Of a DNA stretch of 64,000 bases, positions 1-12,452 are shown in pieces. This DNA is from an uncultured cyanobacterium (GTDB taxonomy: Bacteria; Cyanobacteriota; Cyanobacteriia; Cyanobacteriales; Cyanobacteriaceae), in contig CAVVOP010000008.1 of the NCBI GenBank assembly GCA_963749915.1, forward strand, positions 96,001 to 160,000. The letters run 5' to 3'. Positions within the stretch are counted from its first letter, which is position 1. Each line of letters opens with the position of its first letter. A program made the translations under genes and the position numbers. The notes beneath the pieces were generated by a model. That model was not told where the DNA came from, did not search any database, and worked only from the letters and a program-made list of their open reading frames with translations.

Positions 1-93
1 ACGCTGTTAATCATCTCATCAATTTCATCAATTATTCTCCTCAAAGTTACCGCCATTACTTCTTCAATATAAGCCTCACAACAGAGCCGTTCC

Positions 94-295
94 TAGAACA
101 CCGATTCAGTAATCGAAAACTAGGCAGTGTCTGATTTTGAAGCAAATAGCTCTGGGTCGTCTTTTAACAGCCTGACCAGTACATGAAGGTTATGAACAAC
201 CGCCGTGGGACGTAAGTCGAATAAATTTTTTCGCACTCCGATGTAAGGAGCTTTATCACCTTGCCAGCGACCAATGTGAGATAAACTATGTTCCA
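94..295 (-). pseudogene. IS1182-like transposase C-terminal remnant with its downstream end
   Basis: VEHSLSHIGRWQGDKAPYIGVRKNLFDLRPTAVVHNLH resembles the C-terminus of cyanobacterial IS1182/IS5-type transposases. The 5' part is replaced by the MITE at 296-554. Confidence 0.65.
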
Positions 296-554
296 CCTGG
301 GGGGGCGACAAGTCTTCTACAATTCTTATATAATAAGGCTTTTGAGCATTAATCCTTGAAAAGATCGGATACGCGATCGCTTCATAATTTTACGAGAGAA
401 TGAGGTTTTCAAGGACGGCGGTCTCGCTTTGCGAGTGCCACTGCATCGCTTCTAAGGGTCTCAAAAACTCTTACATGAGGCTGATCTTCCCGAAGCCTAG
501 AGGGTTGTAAAGCTTGCGATTAAAGACTTTGAGCCTAGTTGTCGCCCCCTCAGG
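296..554. mobile_element. MITE-like element (about 259 bp) with 16-bp terminal inverted repeats
   Basis: CCTGGGGGGGCGACAA (296-311) matches the reverse complement of TTGTCGCCCCCTCAGG (539-554) at 15/16. The interior is non-coding. Confidence 0.65.
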
Positions 555-560
555 AGTATG

Positions 561-2471
561 TCACTTAGTTGCTAATTTACCGGTGTGTAGCCATTCTGAT
601 AAATCTTCTGGAGCTTGAACCTGATCAAGTTGCTCTTTCAGTTCTTCTCCTTCCAGAATTTCCCTTTGTAATAAAATTGCCGCTGCACTGATTAATAAAT
701 CTCGATTCTGTAGCAGAATTTTCTGGGCCATTTCATGAGCCGTATCGATAATTTCTTTAACTTGCAAATCAATTTCCTCAGCGACTTTAGGACTAACAGA
801 GCGGCGAGGATTCATATAACCTTCTAAAAATTGTTGCTGTACTTTTTCAAAAGCAATTGGTCCGAGAACATGACTCATACCATATATCGTCACAGCTCGT
901 TCGGCAAAATCCGTTGCTTTCTGGATATCGTCACTCGCACCAGTAGAAACTTCACCAAAGATGATTTCTTCCGCTGAACGTCCTCCCAAAAGAGTGGCAA
1001 TACGACCACGAATTTCACTTTCAATCATTAAAAAGCGGTCTTCTTCTGGTAGTTGTAAAGTATAGCCCAAAGCACCTACTCCACGGGGAACAATAGAGAT
1101 TTTTTCTACTTTTCCGGCTCCGGGCATTAATGCTCCGACGATGGCATGACCCATTTCGTGATGAGCGACGGTTTTCTTTTCCAGCTCGTTAAGAATACGG
1201 GATTTTTTCTCTAAACCGGCTACCACTCGTTCGATGGCTTCGTTAAAATCTGACATCGTTACAGAATCTTTATTCTGACGAGCGGCCAACAGTGCCGCTT
1301 CATTAATGAGATTGGCAAGATCTGCTCCGGCAAAACCAGGAGTACGAACGGCAATTTTACCTAAATCTACATCGGCATCGAGTTTAACATTTCTCACATG
1401 AACTTGAAGAATCGCTTCTCGACCAATTTTATCAGGACGATCGACTGCAATTTGACGGTCAAAACGACCCGGACGAAGCAAAGCAGGGTCTAGCACCTCT
1501 GGACGGTTAGTGGCAGATAAAATAATCACTCCGCTATTAGCATTAAATCCATCCATTTCTGAGAGTAACTGGTTTAAAGTTTGTTCCCGTTCATCATTAC
1601 CACCGATAAACCCTCCAGTTCCCCCCCTGGATTTACCTAAAGCATCCAATTCATCAATAAAAACTATACAGGGGGCCTTCACCTTTGCTTGCTCAAATAA
1701 GTCCCTTACCCTTGCGGCTCCTATGCCGACGAATAGTTCGATAAATTCTGAACCGGAGATACTAAAAAAAGGAACTCCTGCTTCTCCAGCGATCGCTTTG
1801 GCCAGAAGAGTTTTTCCCGTTCCTGGAGGTCCTACTAATAATACGCCTTTGGGAATTTTCGCTCCCAAACGCACGTAGCGCTCGGCATTTTTCAGAAAAT
1901 CAACAATTTCTTCCAATTCTGTTTTGGCTTCATCTATTCCTGCCACGTCTTTAAAGGTAACTCCTGTATCTCCTTCTGAATAAATACGAGCTTTACTTTT
2001 ACCTACCATCAAGGCATCAGGAGCGGCACCTTGGGAACGACTAATTAACCAGATCCAAATACCAAAGAAGATTAAAGGTGGTGCTATCCAACCTAATAGC
2101 GTACCTAGCCAACCGTAGGGATTGGGTGGGGGAGAACCAAACTCAACATTATTTTCTCGAAGTATCTTGGGTAAATCTAAATCTAAAGCTACTGGGACTG
2201 TTACATATACTGGAGGGGTTTGACCTTTGATTTTAGTATCTTTAAGGAAATATTCAATCCTTTCAGAAGTAATAATGGCACGTTCAACTTTACCGGCTTC
2301 TACCAGGTTAATAAATTCACTGTAAGGAGTTTCTGTGGGGCGAGGACTAAATAAAGGAAGAATGACTAAATTAAATAGTAGTAAAATTGTAAGTAGTAAA
2401 ATAAAGCTATCACCAAACTGTTTTGGTTGTGGCGTTTTTGCTGAACGATTTGTTTCTGTTTCTAAAGGCAT
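561..2471 (-). CDS. ftsH: ATP-dependent zinc metalloprotease FtsH (FtsH4-like paralog)
   Basis: Two N-terminal TM segments, Walker A GPPGTGKT, Walker [17 protein letters not shown] Zn motif. ATG at 2471 preferred to TTG at 2486. Confidence 0.97.
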   Translation of the reverse strand: MPLETETNRSAKTPQPKQFGDSFILLLTILLLFNLVILPLFSPRPTETPYSEFINLVEAGKVERAIITSERIEYFLKDTKIKGQTPPVYVTVPVALDLDLPKILRENNVEFGSPPPNPYGWLGTLLGWIAPPLIFFGIWIWLISRSQGAAPDALMVGKSKARIYSEGDTGVTFKDVAGIDEAKTELEEIVDFLKNAERYVRLGAKIPKGVLLVGPPGTGKTLLAKAIAGEAGVPFFSISGSEFIELFVGIGAARVRDLFEQAKVKAPCIVFIDELDALGKSRGGTGGFIGGNDEREQTLNQLLSEMDGFNANSGVIILSATNRPEVLDPALLRPGRFDRQIAVDRPDKIGREAILQVHVRNVKLDADVDLGKIAVRTPGFAGADLANLINEAALLAARQNKDSVTMSDFNEAIERVVAGLEKKSRILNELEKKTVAHHEMGHAIVGALMPGAGKVEKISIVPRGVGALGYTLQLPEEDRFLMIESEIRGRIATLLGGRSAEEIIFGEVSTGASDDIQKATDFAERAVTIYGMSHVLGPIAFEKVQQQFLEGYMNPRRSVSPKVAEEIDLQVKEIIDTAHEMAQKILLQNRDLLISAAAILLQREILEGEELKEQLDQVQAPEDLSEWLHTGKLATK

Positions 2472-2676
2472 AATAATAACTCTCAACAGTAGTTAAAAAC
2501 TGCTTATATTTTCCATTGTTATCGAAAAATCCTGAGATTTGCCTTTGTATTAACTTAGCTTAATAATTTAATGAATTATTTGAGGCAAATTTAAAATTTA
2601 GAATTTAGAAAAGATAATTACAACTATGCTGTCTTATTTTTTGATTTTTTAGACCTCGATTATTGAAAAGCCCATT

Positions 2677-3558
2677 TTATGGGGGAATAACACACCTAAT
2701 GCCGTGTTTTTTTCCTTGATTATCTCCTTGATAACGAGGGATTAAATGAATATGAGTATGTTTTACTTTTTGCCCACCCGCTGGATGAATATTAAAACCA
2801 ATATTAAAACCATCAGGGTTATATTTTTGAGTGATAATTTTTTGCACTTCATTTACCATTTGCCAACAATTATTCTGTTGTTGAAATGATAAATCAAAGT
2901 AGTTTTCGATGTGAGTTTTTGGAATAACTAAACTATGACCTTTAGTGAGGGGATAACCGTCTAAAATACTATAAGCTGAAACGGATTCTGTGAGTAAAGT
3001 CAAGTTTGGGTAAGGATTACAGAATATACAGCGATTAGTGTTGTTTTTTTGTTGATTATAATGTTTATATTCATAAATTTCGCAAAATTCGTCTAAATAA
3101 ATGGATTTAAAGGGTAGTTTTACTAAGCATTGATAAGTCAGTTTTTTATGAATATAATGTCTCCGAAATCCCTCGGTTTTTAAATCCCTCCTCACGGCAA
3201 AATAAGCCTTCCCCGTTGGTTTCAGGAGTTGGGATATTGCCATAATTGCTGATTCTTGTGACTCGCGAAAAAGTACATTGAGAACATAAAAACAGCAAAT
3301 AGTATCAAATTTTTGTTGGGGATATGTGGGAAAATAATAAGGATCATACCCTTCTATTTTAATGTTTTGTGATCGATCAGTGCTGAGGGTCAGAAGTGAT
3401 CGTAAAATTTCTACATCTTTACCGTAACCACAACCAAAATCGAGAATATCGCCTTTTAAGAGTTTATTTTTAAGCAAATATCTGGCAGGAAAGGACAATT
3501 TTTCTCTTTCTATGGCTGTTAAATGAGCATATTTATTTTCTAGCTGATTTTCTCTCAT
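2677..3558 (-). CDS. Class I SAM-methyltransferase / HIT-family hydrolase fusion
   Basis: N-terminal ILDFGCGYGKD and YVLNV; C-terminal CIFC, GHSLVIPK and HTHIHLIPR HIT motif. Confidence 0.85.
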   Translation of the reverse strand: MRENQLENKYAHLTAIEREKLSFPARYLLKNKLLKGDILDFGCGYGKDVEILRSLLTLSTDRSQNIKIEGYDPYYFPTYPQQKFDTICCFYVLNVLFRESQESAIMAISQLLKPTGKAYFAVRRDLKTEGFRRHYIHKKLTYQCLVKLPFKSIYLDEFCEIYEYKHYNQQKNNTNRCIFCNPYPNLTLLTESVSAYSILDGYPLTKGHSLVIPKTHIENYFDLSFQQQNNCWQMVNEVQKIITQKYNPDGFNIGFNIHPAGGQKVKHTHIHLIPRYQGDNQGKKHGIRCVIPP

Positions 3559-3576
3559 TTTTAACTAAATTCTCAA

Positions 3577-4371
3577 TTATTTTCTAACAAATCTCAGGGT
3601 TTCCATAGATTGAGATGTTAAAAATAAGCCTAAAACTATATAAGTAAAAAAGACCATTAAATTACTACTTTCAAAAATACCCATAACAAAACTTTCGTAA
3701 GTTTTTAAGAGAGAAAAATGGGCGATAATTTCACCTATTTGTCCGCCCAAAAGATTTCCTATACCATCTAAAACTGAAAGAAAAATGACGAGAGTAAATG
3801 TCATAATAGCAGAAAAAATTGTACTGTCTGTCAAGGAAGAAATAAACATCCCTAAAGATAAAATTGAAGCCGCCATTAAAATTAAACCGACATGGGCTAG
3901 GATTATTACCTGAGGTTTGACAGGAGGAGTTGCACCCTGGAAAGCGATCGCTTCATAGAGTAAGATAGGCATAATCATAGTTATAAAAAATAAGACTACT
4001 CCTAATAATTTACCCAGTGCTACCACCCAATTAAAAACAGGAGAAGTTGCTAGTAATTCTATAGTACCTCTTTTGCGTTCTTCGGCATATAAACCCATAG
4101 ATAAAATCGGTAAAATAAAGATAGTTAATGAACCAATTATGCTGAAAAATATTTGCATAAATTCATAAACTACATCGATGGAAACTGGATTCCCCATCTG
4201 TTCTTGTATAACGACATTTTGAATTACTCCATCTTTACTTAAGAGAATAAAAACAAAAAATAACCCAGAAATTAACCAAAAAATTCCGGTAATACTAAAG
4301 GCTAAAGGGGATGTAAAATAGCCTTGCAATTCTTTCTGTAAAATAGCGATGATATTATTTATTATTCTCAT
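3577..4371 (-). CDS. ABC-2 transporter permease (GldF-like)
   Basis: KELQGYFTSP start, AEERKRGTIELLATSP motif, about 6 TM helices. Confidence 0.88.
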   Translation of the reverse strand: MRIINNIIAILQKELQGYFTSPLAFSITGIFWLISGLFFVFILLSKDGVIQNVVIQEQMGNPVSIDVVYEFMQIFFSIIGSLTIFILPILSMGLYAEERKRGTIELLATSPVFNWVVALGKLLGVVLFFITMIMPILLYEAIAFQGATPPVKPQVIILAHVGLILMAASILSLGMFISSLTDSTIFSAIMTFTLVIFLSVLDGIGNLLGGQIGEIIAHFSLLKTYESFVMGIFESSNLMVFFTYIVLGLFLTSQSMETLRFVRK

Positions 4372-4502
4372 TTTTATTATTTTTAATTATGGTTTACTAA
4401 AATTTTGGTATTGAAATCCAGATTTTTTAAGCATACATTACAATGATCTATTTCACTCCTATAAATGTAACCGTTCACACCCCCTCCATTCTTCAGCAAT
4501 TC

Positions 4503-4772
4503 TTATAATGTTGCTTCAATGTGATGTTTTAAATCAATTATTAATTCATCTACATGATCTCTGATAGTGCGATAAGTATTAATGAGTTCGCTATTAATAT
4601 CAACTAAAATCGCTTTTTGAGGCTGAAGAGAAAAGGAAAGTGCTCCACCTCCTACAAAAGGCTCAAAATATGGTTCATATTTGCCAGGTAAACGCTTTTG
4701 TATTTCAGGTAATAGCTGAGATTTTCCACCTACCCACTTTAAAAATGGCTTGACTCTAGTTTTTGACTGCAT
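4503..4772 (-). pseudogene. Truncated Dam-like (D12 class) DNA adenine methyltransferase, N-terminus only
   Basis: KPFLKWVGGKSQL, YFEPFVGGG and DINSELINTY present. Ends at 89 aa with no DPPY motif. Confidence 0.85.
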
Positions 4773-4885
4773 TTCTAGATTTCTTGCTTAAAAAATCTCA
4801 TTGTATCTTTCTGATCCGAATTTAGGCTTGCTGAATAAAGATAGAAAAACTATCTTGACGTAAGTTAATATTATATTTAAACTAA

Positions 4886-6312
<1,427 letters not shown>

Positions 6313-6313
<1 letters not shown>

Positions 6314-6717
6314 TGAAACTTAAGGTTTTAGTTTGTACCCAAGTGTTTTTAGTGGCGACAGTAGAGCAAGTCAATGCAGAAGCTAAAGACGGAGCCTTTG
6401 GATTGCGAAAAGACCATATTGATTTCGTGACAGCACTAGTACCAGGGATTTTATCTTATCGCTCCAAAACGGGAGAAGAAGTTTTTATTGCCGTTGATGA
6501 AGGCATTTTGGTCAAGTGTGGGGCCGAGATACTGGTTTCCACAACAAGGGCGGTTAAAGATATAGACTTAAAGACGTTGCATCAAACTGTAGAACGAGAA
6601 TTTAGACAGTTAAATGAACAGCAAAAACTGGCCCGTAGGGCAGTGGCTAGGCTTGAGGCGGGTTTGGTGCGAGGCATATTAGGAATGGGGGGAGAAAGCC
6701 GTGAAACTACCTTATAA
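6313..6717 (+). CDS. atpC: ATP synthase epsilon subunit, N-ATPase type
   Basis: GAFGLRKDHIDFVTALVPGIL and AVDEGILVK. GTG start overlaps the atpD stop. Confidence 0.9.
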
Positions 6718-7021
6718 ACCCAAGGGAAAACAATATCGGCAACGCCAGGAGAAATTTCATCGTCAGGTGAAAAATAAAGCCTCCCGTAAATTAAAAGCAC
6801 GACGAGAAGGCGATCGCACTATCTGGTACGGATTGGGAATGTTTGGCATCATTGGCTGGTCCGTTACCATTCCCACGCTGATGGGGATCGCTCTTGGTAT
6901 TTGGCTCGATTCGATCTTGGTCGATCCCTATTCCTGGACACTGATGATGTTATTTATTGGTGTGGTCATCGGTTGTCTAAATGCGTGGTATTGGATTGAA
7001 CGGGAGAGCCGAGATGATTGA
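6701..7021 (+). CDS. atpQ: N-ATPase AtpQ (AtpZ/AtpI family) membrane protein
   Basis: RKLKARR, GLGMFGIIGWSVTIPTL and GCLNAWYWI; two TM helices. Confidence 0.88.
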   Translation: MKLPYKPKGKQYRQRQEKFHRQVKNKASRKLKARREGDRTIWYGLGMFGIIGWSVTIPTLMGIALGIWLDSILVDPYSWTLMMLFIGVVIGCLNAWYWIERESRDD

Positions 7022-7104
7022 GGGGCAGGAGGCTGGGGTGTTTGTTGATTACGTAGATCATAATTCATTCTTTTAATTGATGAACAGAAAATTATGAGAT
7101 TATG

Positions 7105-7137
7105 GCGATCGCGCAGCGCCAGCCGGAGGCTGATCGC
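7105..7137. repeat. HIP1-bounded small dispersed repeat (SDR-like hairpin)
   Basis: GCGATCGC-GCAGCGC-CAGCCGGAGGCTG-ATCGC: a GC-rich hairpin between a HIP1 site and a HIP1-like end. Confidence 0.55.
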
Positions 7138-7177
7138 AAAATCTAAATCACAACAGTCGAGATCTTTAAAATTATGG

Positions 7178-7753
7178 CTAATTGCTAACTGCTTTCCACT
7201 CATCAAAATCCCTTTCAATAGCGTATTGAAAACTCTTAGAAACCAAAAAAATATTTTGTTTTGACTTAACAGACTGCGGAAACTTAACTTCGGCGTAAAT
7301 TTGAGTATCATCAAAATTCGGCTTACCGAGAATTATGTGATATTCTTCACCATTATTTAAAGTTAACCAGATTTGATTTTGAGATATATCTAAACCAAAC
7401 TCTTGTCGTTTATCTTCCGTTAAGGGAATTTCGACCTTATTTTCTGCTTGACTAAATAAATTTACTAAAAAAGACATTGCTGCATCACTGGCAATTATTT
7501 TTTGTGGTTGTGTCATTCGCCAAGGTTGACTATTATCTTCTGTCTTCTCAAAAGTAATTTTTTGCTCATTAACTTGAATAGTAATAGTCTTAATATCACT
7601 AGTGTTAAAGGGAAAAATTTTCTCCTTTTTGTCCTGGTTTTCCGCTTTCTTGGTAATATCGAAACCTTGATCTTTTATTTCCCGAAAAAAAACAAAGCCC
7701 GTTAAACATAGTGCTAAAATGACTAGAAATGTCGTGGTGCGGTTAAATTTCAT
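7178..7753 (-). CDS. DUF4340-like protein (normally associated with Gld-type ABC transporters)
   Basis: N-terminal TM anchor, WRMTQP, EFGLD and ILGKPNFD motifs. Confidence 0.75.
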   Translation of the reverse strand: MKFNRTTTFLVILALCLTGFVFFREIKDQGFDITKKAENQDKKEKIFPFNTSDIKTITIQVNEQKITFEKTEDNSQPWRMTQPQKIIASDAAMSFLVNLFSQAENKVEIPLTEDKRQEFGLDISQNQIWLTLNNGEEYHIILGKPNFDDTQIYAEVKFPQSVKSKQNIFLVSKSFQYAIERDFDEWKAVSN

Positions 7754-8225
7754 CAGCGAAAAAACAAATTAAGGAGAAAAGAAAAAAGGCTCTCCCAGAG
7801 TGCAGCAATCCTACATCGGTCATGGTATTAGACTTCTTTTAGAAGTTAGAGAATAGGGAACAAAGGACAAAATTAACAATTTATTACCTCAAAATTGGTT
7901 TTTATTTTAATTTTTGGAAGTGTCTATTGTATCCTCTTAGACCCAGTTAATAAAGGGAGTAATATTTAAAGAATACCATAAATTTAATAGCATTTTTATG
8001 TAATTGTGCATCTTTTTCCGTAGTTTAACTATTTTCGTATTAATTTCACCTATACATTACATTTTGATCGACTTGTTAATAATTTTTGTGTTTTTTGTAA
8101 TATCATATAATTATTTTTATCCATCTACTTAAATTTGCTCTTATTCCCGACAAAGTCTAATAATAAGAGGATAATAGGTAATCAACAATAGTGTAAGTTT
8201 AATTGTTCATTGTTAATTATCAATC

Positions 8226-9842
8226 ATGGGTTTATCTCGCATTATCACCATTGTTGTCGGCTTAAGTGTCATTTTCGGGTTAATGCTATGGTTAATTAGT
8301 GCCTTATCCCGACTTTATAGCGAAATTGCATGGACTAGCCCATTTTTAGCCAATTTTTTGGTTTTTATCCTTATTGTCTTGCTGATTGGCTTTATAGCTA
8401 TCTTTATTTACTACTTAGGTATTCTTCCTCAGGGTAAATCTAGCGGTAAAGGTGCACGCCGTAAAATCTTACCCACCTTACCCGCTGAAAAAAATCAGAT
8501 TGCTTCTCAAACCATCAAAGCCGTTAAAAAGCAAGTCGCCCAAATTCAAGATGAAGTAACTCAAAAGGCATTATTAGCTAAATCTCGACAAATAGAGGCG
8601 AATTTAACCACAGGCATTTTGAAAATAGCGGTTTTTGGTACCGGTAGTGCCGGGAAAACTTCCCTCGTCAATGCTTTAATCGGGGAAATGGTGGGCACTG
8701 TTAAGGCAAGTATGGGAACAACCACAGAAGGGGTTACTTATAGCTTAAAACTCCCCCAAGCCAATCGAGAAATTTTGATTAGTGATACTCCGGGTATTTT
8801 GGAAGTAGGCGCACCCGGTCAAATTAGAGAAAAATTAGCACGACAATTAGCTACAGAAGCGGATTTATTACTATTCGTCTGTGATAATGACTTACGTGCC
8901 TCGGAATTCACCCCCTTAGAGGCTTTGGCTAGTATGGGGAAGCGATCGCTGTTAATCTTCAATAAGATAGACTTATATTCGGAACAAGAACAGGAGATAA
9001 TAATAGCTAATCTGCAAGAAAGAGTTAAAAATTTTATTGCCCCCATAGATGTCTTGAAAGCCTGTGCTAATCCTCAACCCGTGAAATTTTCTGAGGATGA
9101 AATCATACAGCCAGAAGTAGAAATAACCGCCGTCATCAAACGTTTAGCCAACCTTTGTCGTGCGGAAGGAGATGATTTATTAGCCGATAATATCCTTTTG
9201 CAATCCCAAAGGTTAGGGGAGGAAACGAGAAAATTAATTAGTCAACAACGTAGCCGAGAAGCCGATAAGATTATTGCTCGTTATCAGTGGATTGGTGGAG
9301 GAGTTATTGCTTGTACACCCCTGCCTGTGGTGGACATGTTAGCAACGGCAGCCGTGAATGCACAGATGGTGGTAGAAATTGGGCAGGTTTATGGCTGTGA
9401 TTTAAACAGTGAGACAGGAAGAGACTTAGCCTTATCCTTAGGCAAAACCCTCGTTAGCTTAGGAGTAGTTAAAGGTGCAGTAGAATTAGTAGCGAGGGCA
9501 CTGCAATTCACTGCGGCGACTTATGTGTTGGGGAAAGTGATTCAAGGCATCAGTGCGGCATATTTGACTAGAATTGCTGGTAAAAGTTTTGTGGAATATT
9601 TTAGCCATGATCAAGACTGGGGCGACGGTGGAATCACAGAAGTAGTTCAAAGACAATTTAAGTTAAGTCGCAAGGATGAATTTGTAAAATCCTTTGTTCA
9701 AGATGCTATTACCCGTGTTATTGAACCGATCAAAGATACTTTAGATAGTAATTTTGACGATGAAGTAGAGGAAAGTAACGAGATTTATTTTGATGAAAAC
9801 GACGACTGGAGTAATTCTAAATCTAAAGAGGAATGGGGTTAG
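8226..9842 (+). CDS. YcjF/DUF697-family GTP-binding membrane protein
   Basis: Two TM segments, GTGSAGKTS, DTPG, NKID; C-terminal TPLPVVD DUF697-type region. Confidence 0.88.
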   Translation: MGLSRIITIVVGLSVIFGLMLWLISALSRLYSEIAWTSPFLANFLVFILIVLLIGFIAIFIYYLGILPQGKSSGKGARRKILPTLPAEKNQIASQTIKAVKKQVAQIQDEVTQKALLAKSRQIEANLTTGILKIAVFGTGSAGKTSLVNALIGEMVGTVKASMGTTTEGVTYSLKLPQANREILISDTPGILEVGAPGQIREKLARQLATEADLLLFVCDNDLRASEFTPLEALASMGKRSLLIFNKIDLYSEQEQEIIIANLQERVKNFIAPIDVLKACANPQPVKFSEDEIIQPEVEITAVIKRLANLCRAEGDDLLADNILLQSQRLGEETRKLISQQRSREADKIIARYQWIGGGVIACTPLPVVDMLATAAVNAQMVVEIGQVYGCDLNSETGRDLALSLGKTLVSLGVVKGAVELVARALQFTAATYVLGKVIQGISAAYLTRIAGKSFVEYFSHDQDWGDGGITEVVQRQFKLSRKDEFVKSFVQDAITRVIEPIKDTLDSNFDDEVEESNEIYFDENDDWSNSKSKEEWG

Positions 9843-9978
9843 ATTTGATAAAAAAAGTGCAGCCAAACAAAGGTATTTTTTGAGTTTTTTGTTATGGTTT
9901 ATCAATGATTTTTTGTCTAAACCTTAATTGATCATGATATAATCGCTATACATTTATGATTTCATTCTCGGATCACTT

Positions 9979-10764
9979 ATGAAAATCTCTTCTTTTTGTA
10001 ACCGATTAAACAATCAAGCAGCAGTACTTTTAGCCACTTTGACTTTGACCTTGTCAACTAGTGGCGTTACACTGGCTCAAGAAAAACCGACAATCTCAGT
10101 TCCAGATTTTAAAAATGAAAGCACTTGGTGGTGGTGGAATACAACTACATCGAAGCAGTTGGCAGATGCCCTTAGTAACGAATTAACCTCCACGGGAAAA
10201 TTTGCCGTCGTTGAGCGACAAAAATTAGGGGAAGTCCTTTCAGAACAGGAATTGGCTGAATTAGGGTTAGTTCGTCCAGAAACAGCGGCCCAAAAAGGGC
10301 AACTAACTGGGGCTAAGTATATTATTCTTGGGAAGGTAACTTCTTATGAAGAAGGAGTTTCGAGTGAATCCACTGGGGGCAATTTTGGTCTTAATTTAGG
10401 TATTGTAAGTATCGGCAATAGTAAGCGTAAACAGCAACAACAGGCTTACATTGCCATTGATCTGCGGGTGGTGGATTCTACTACGGGAGAAGTTGTTTAT
10501 GCCCGTACTGTAGAAGGTCGTGCCACCAATGAAGCGGAAGGATCTTCCAATAATTTGGGTTTTTTAGGGGGTCTTGTGAGAACGGGAAATGAGAATCAGA
10601 AAACAAGTAAAGCTCCTGTGGGTAAAGCACTTCGAGCTGGGTTGATTGAAATAACGAATTATCTAAGCTGTGTCATGGTTGATCAAGGAACTTGTATGGC
10701 AGAATTTGAGGAAAAAGAGCAACTCCGTCGTAATAACACCCTAGATACTTTACAGTTAGAATAA
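9979..10764 (+). CDS. CsgG/HfaB family exported protein
   Basis: Signal peptide, ISVPDFKN, FAVVER, EQEL and IDLRVVDSTTGEV. Confidence 0.85.
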   Translation: MKISSFCNRLNNQAAVLLATLTLTLSTSGVTLAQEKPTISVPDFKNESTWWWWNTTTSKQLADALSNELTSTGKFAVVERQKLGEVLSEQELAELGLVRPETAAQKGQLTGAKYIILGKVTSYEEGVSSESTGGNFGLNLGIVSIGNSKRKQQQQAYIAIDLRVVDSTTGEVVYARTVEGRATNEAEGSSNNLGFLGGLVRTGNENQKTSKAPVGKALRAGLIEITNYLSCVMVDQGTCMAEFEEKEQLRRNNTLDTLQLE

Positions 10765-10943
10765 GTTTTAGCTTAGTACTATAAAGGAAAGGATGAACGG
10801 GCAAGTAACGAAGCGTTGTCGTAATGAATCAAATTCCAAATGATTCCTATATGTTATAAACATTTACGGATATATGATCCCTTAAAATATAAAGTTATAG
10901 AAAATAAAATATTATTTTTGTAATTTTTATAGATTAATTGATT

Positions 10944-12383
10944 ATGTTTGATGCTTTAGCTGAACGTTTGGAAGATACATGGAAAAAGTTACGAGGTCAG
11001 GGTAAAATTACTCCATCTAATATTCAAGATGCTCTACAAGAAGTTAGACGAGCTTTGTTGGCTGCAGATGTGAATTTTCAGGTGGTAAAGAGTTTTGTCG
11101 GCGAAGTGGAAAAAAATGCCCTTGGTGCGGAGGTTATTTCTGGGGTTAATCCACAACAACAGTTTATCAAGATTGTTTATGATCAGTTGGTAAAGGTGAT
11201 GGGGGAAAGTAATGTTCCTCTGACAAAGGCGGATACGTCGCCGACTGTTATCTTAATGGCTGGTTTACAAGGTGCGGGTAAAACTACAGCTACGGCGAAA
11301 TTGGCTTTATATTTGCAAAAACAGAAGCGTAGTTGTTTGATGGTGGCTACCGACGTTTATCGTCCGGCGGCGATCGATCAATTAATTACCTTGGGGAATC
11401 AAATCAAAATCCCGGTTTTTCAATTAGGAAAGGATGCGAATCCAGTAGAAATCGCCCGTCAAGGTATAGAGTCGGCAAAGGAAAAGGGCATTGATACGGT
11501 CATCGTCGATACCGCTGGTCGGTTACAGATTGATCAGGAGATGATGAGGGAGTTAGCCCAAATTAAGGAAGTTGTGCAACCCCATGAAATCTTGTTGGTT
11601 GTAGATTCCATGACGGGGCAAGAGGCGGCTAATGTCACTCGTACTTTCCATGAAGAAATTGGTATTACTGGGGCGATTTTGACGAAGATGGATGGTGATA
11701 GTCGTGGTGGTGCGGCGTTATCTGTAAGGACAATTTCGGGGCAGCCGATTAAGTTTATTGGGGTTGGGGAAAAAGTCGAGGCGTTAGAACCTTTTTATCC
11801 TGAGCGGATGGCTTCTCGTATTTTAAATATGGGTGATATTGTAACTTTGGTGGAGAAGGCTCAAGAGGAGTTAGATATTGCTGATGTGGAAAAAATGCAA
11901 GCTAAGATGATGGAGGCAAAGTTTGATTTTAATGATTTTATCAAACAAATGCGTCTGTTAAAGAATATGGGTTCTTTTGCAGGGGTGATGAAGTTAATTC
12001 CGGGGATGAATAAACTTGGTGCGGGGGCGTTAGAGCAGGGGGAAGCACAATTAAAACGCACGGAGTCGATGATTAATTCTATGACCAAGGAAGAAAAGGA
12101 AAATCCTCAGTTATTAGCTCAATCTCCGAGTCGTCGTCGTCGAGTAGCAAAAGGCTCAGGACGTCAAGAAAAGGAAGTTTCACGTTTGGTGAGCGATTTT
12201 ACTCGGATGCGTAAGATGATGCAACAAATGAGTCTTGGCGGTGGTTTACCCGATATGGGTGGTATGGGGGGAATGCCTGGTATGGGAGGATTATTTGGAG
12301 GTAATCGTCCGGGTTTTCGGAATGAGCCCCCGGCTAAAAAACCGAAAAAGGTTAAGAAAAAAAGGGGTTTTGCTGATTTGTAA
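10944..12383 (+). CDS. ffh: Signal recognition particle protein Ffh
   Basis: GLQGAGKTT, DTAGR, TKMDGDSRGGAALS and Met-rich M domain. Confidence 0.98.
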   Translation: MFDALAERLEDTWKKLRGQGKITPSNIQDALQEVRRALLAADVNFQVVKSFVGEVEKNALGAEVISGVNPQQQFIKIVYDQLVKVMGESNVPLTKADTSPTVILMAGLQGAGKTTATAKLALYLQKQKRSCLMVATDVYRPAAIDQLITLGNQIKIPVFQLGKDANPVEIARQGIESAKEKGIDTVIVDTAGRLQIDQEMMRELAQIKEVVQPHEILLVVDSMTGQEAANVTRTFHEEIGITGAILTKMDGDSRGGAALSVRTISGQPIKFIGVGEKVEALEPFYPERMASRILNMGDIVTLVEKAQEELDIADVEKMQAKMMEAKFDFNDFIKQMRLLKNMGSFAGVMKLIPGMNKLGAGALEQGEAQLKRTESMINSMTKEEKENPQLLAQSPSRRRRVAKGSGRQEKEVSRLVSDFTRMRKMMQQMSLGGGLPDMGGMGGMPGMGGLFGGNRPGFRNEPPAKKPKKVKKKRGFADL

Positions 12384-12452
12384 GAATTTTAAATAACTTG
12401 CGACAATTATCAATTATTAATTATTAATTATTAATTATCAACTTAATGTTTT

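Noticed and set aside
1510..1878. Antisense ORFs inside ftsH, gyrB, ffh, ClC, nadA and others
   Set aside because: Shadow frames of well-conserved genes.
7828..7927. Possible 100-bp MITE (TAGACTTCTT..GGAAGTGTCTA)
   Set aside because: The inverted match is weak and there is no second copy in the window.
12403..12441. (TAATTAT)n tract after ffh
   Set aside because: A common cyanobacterial heptamer repeat; unremarkable.
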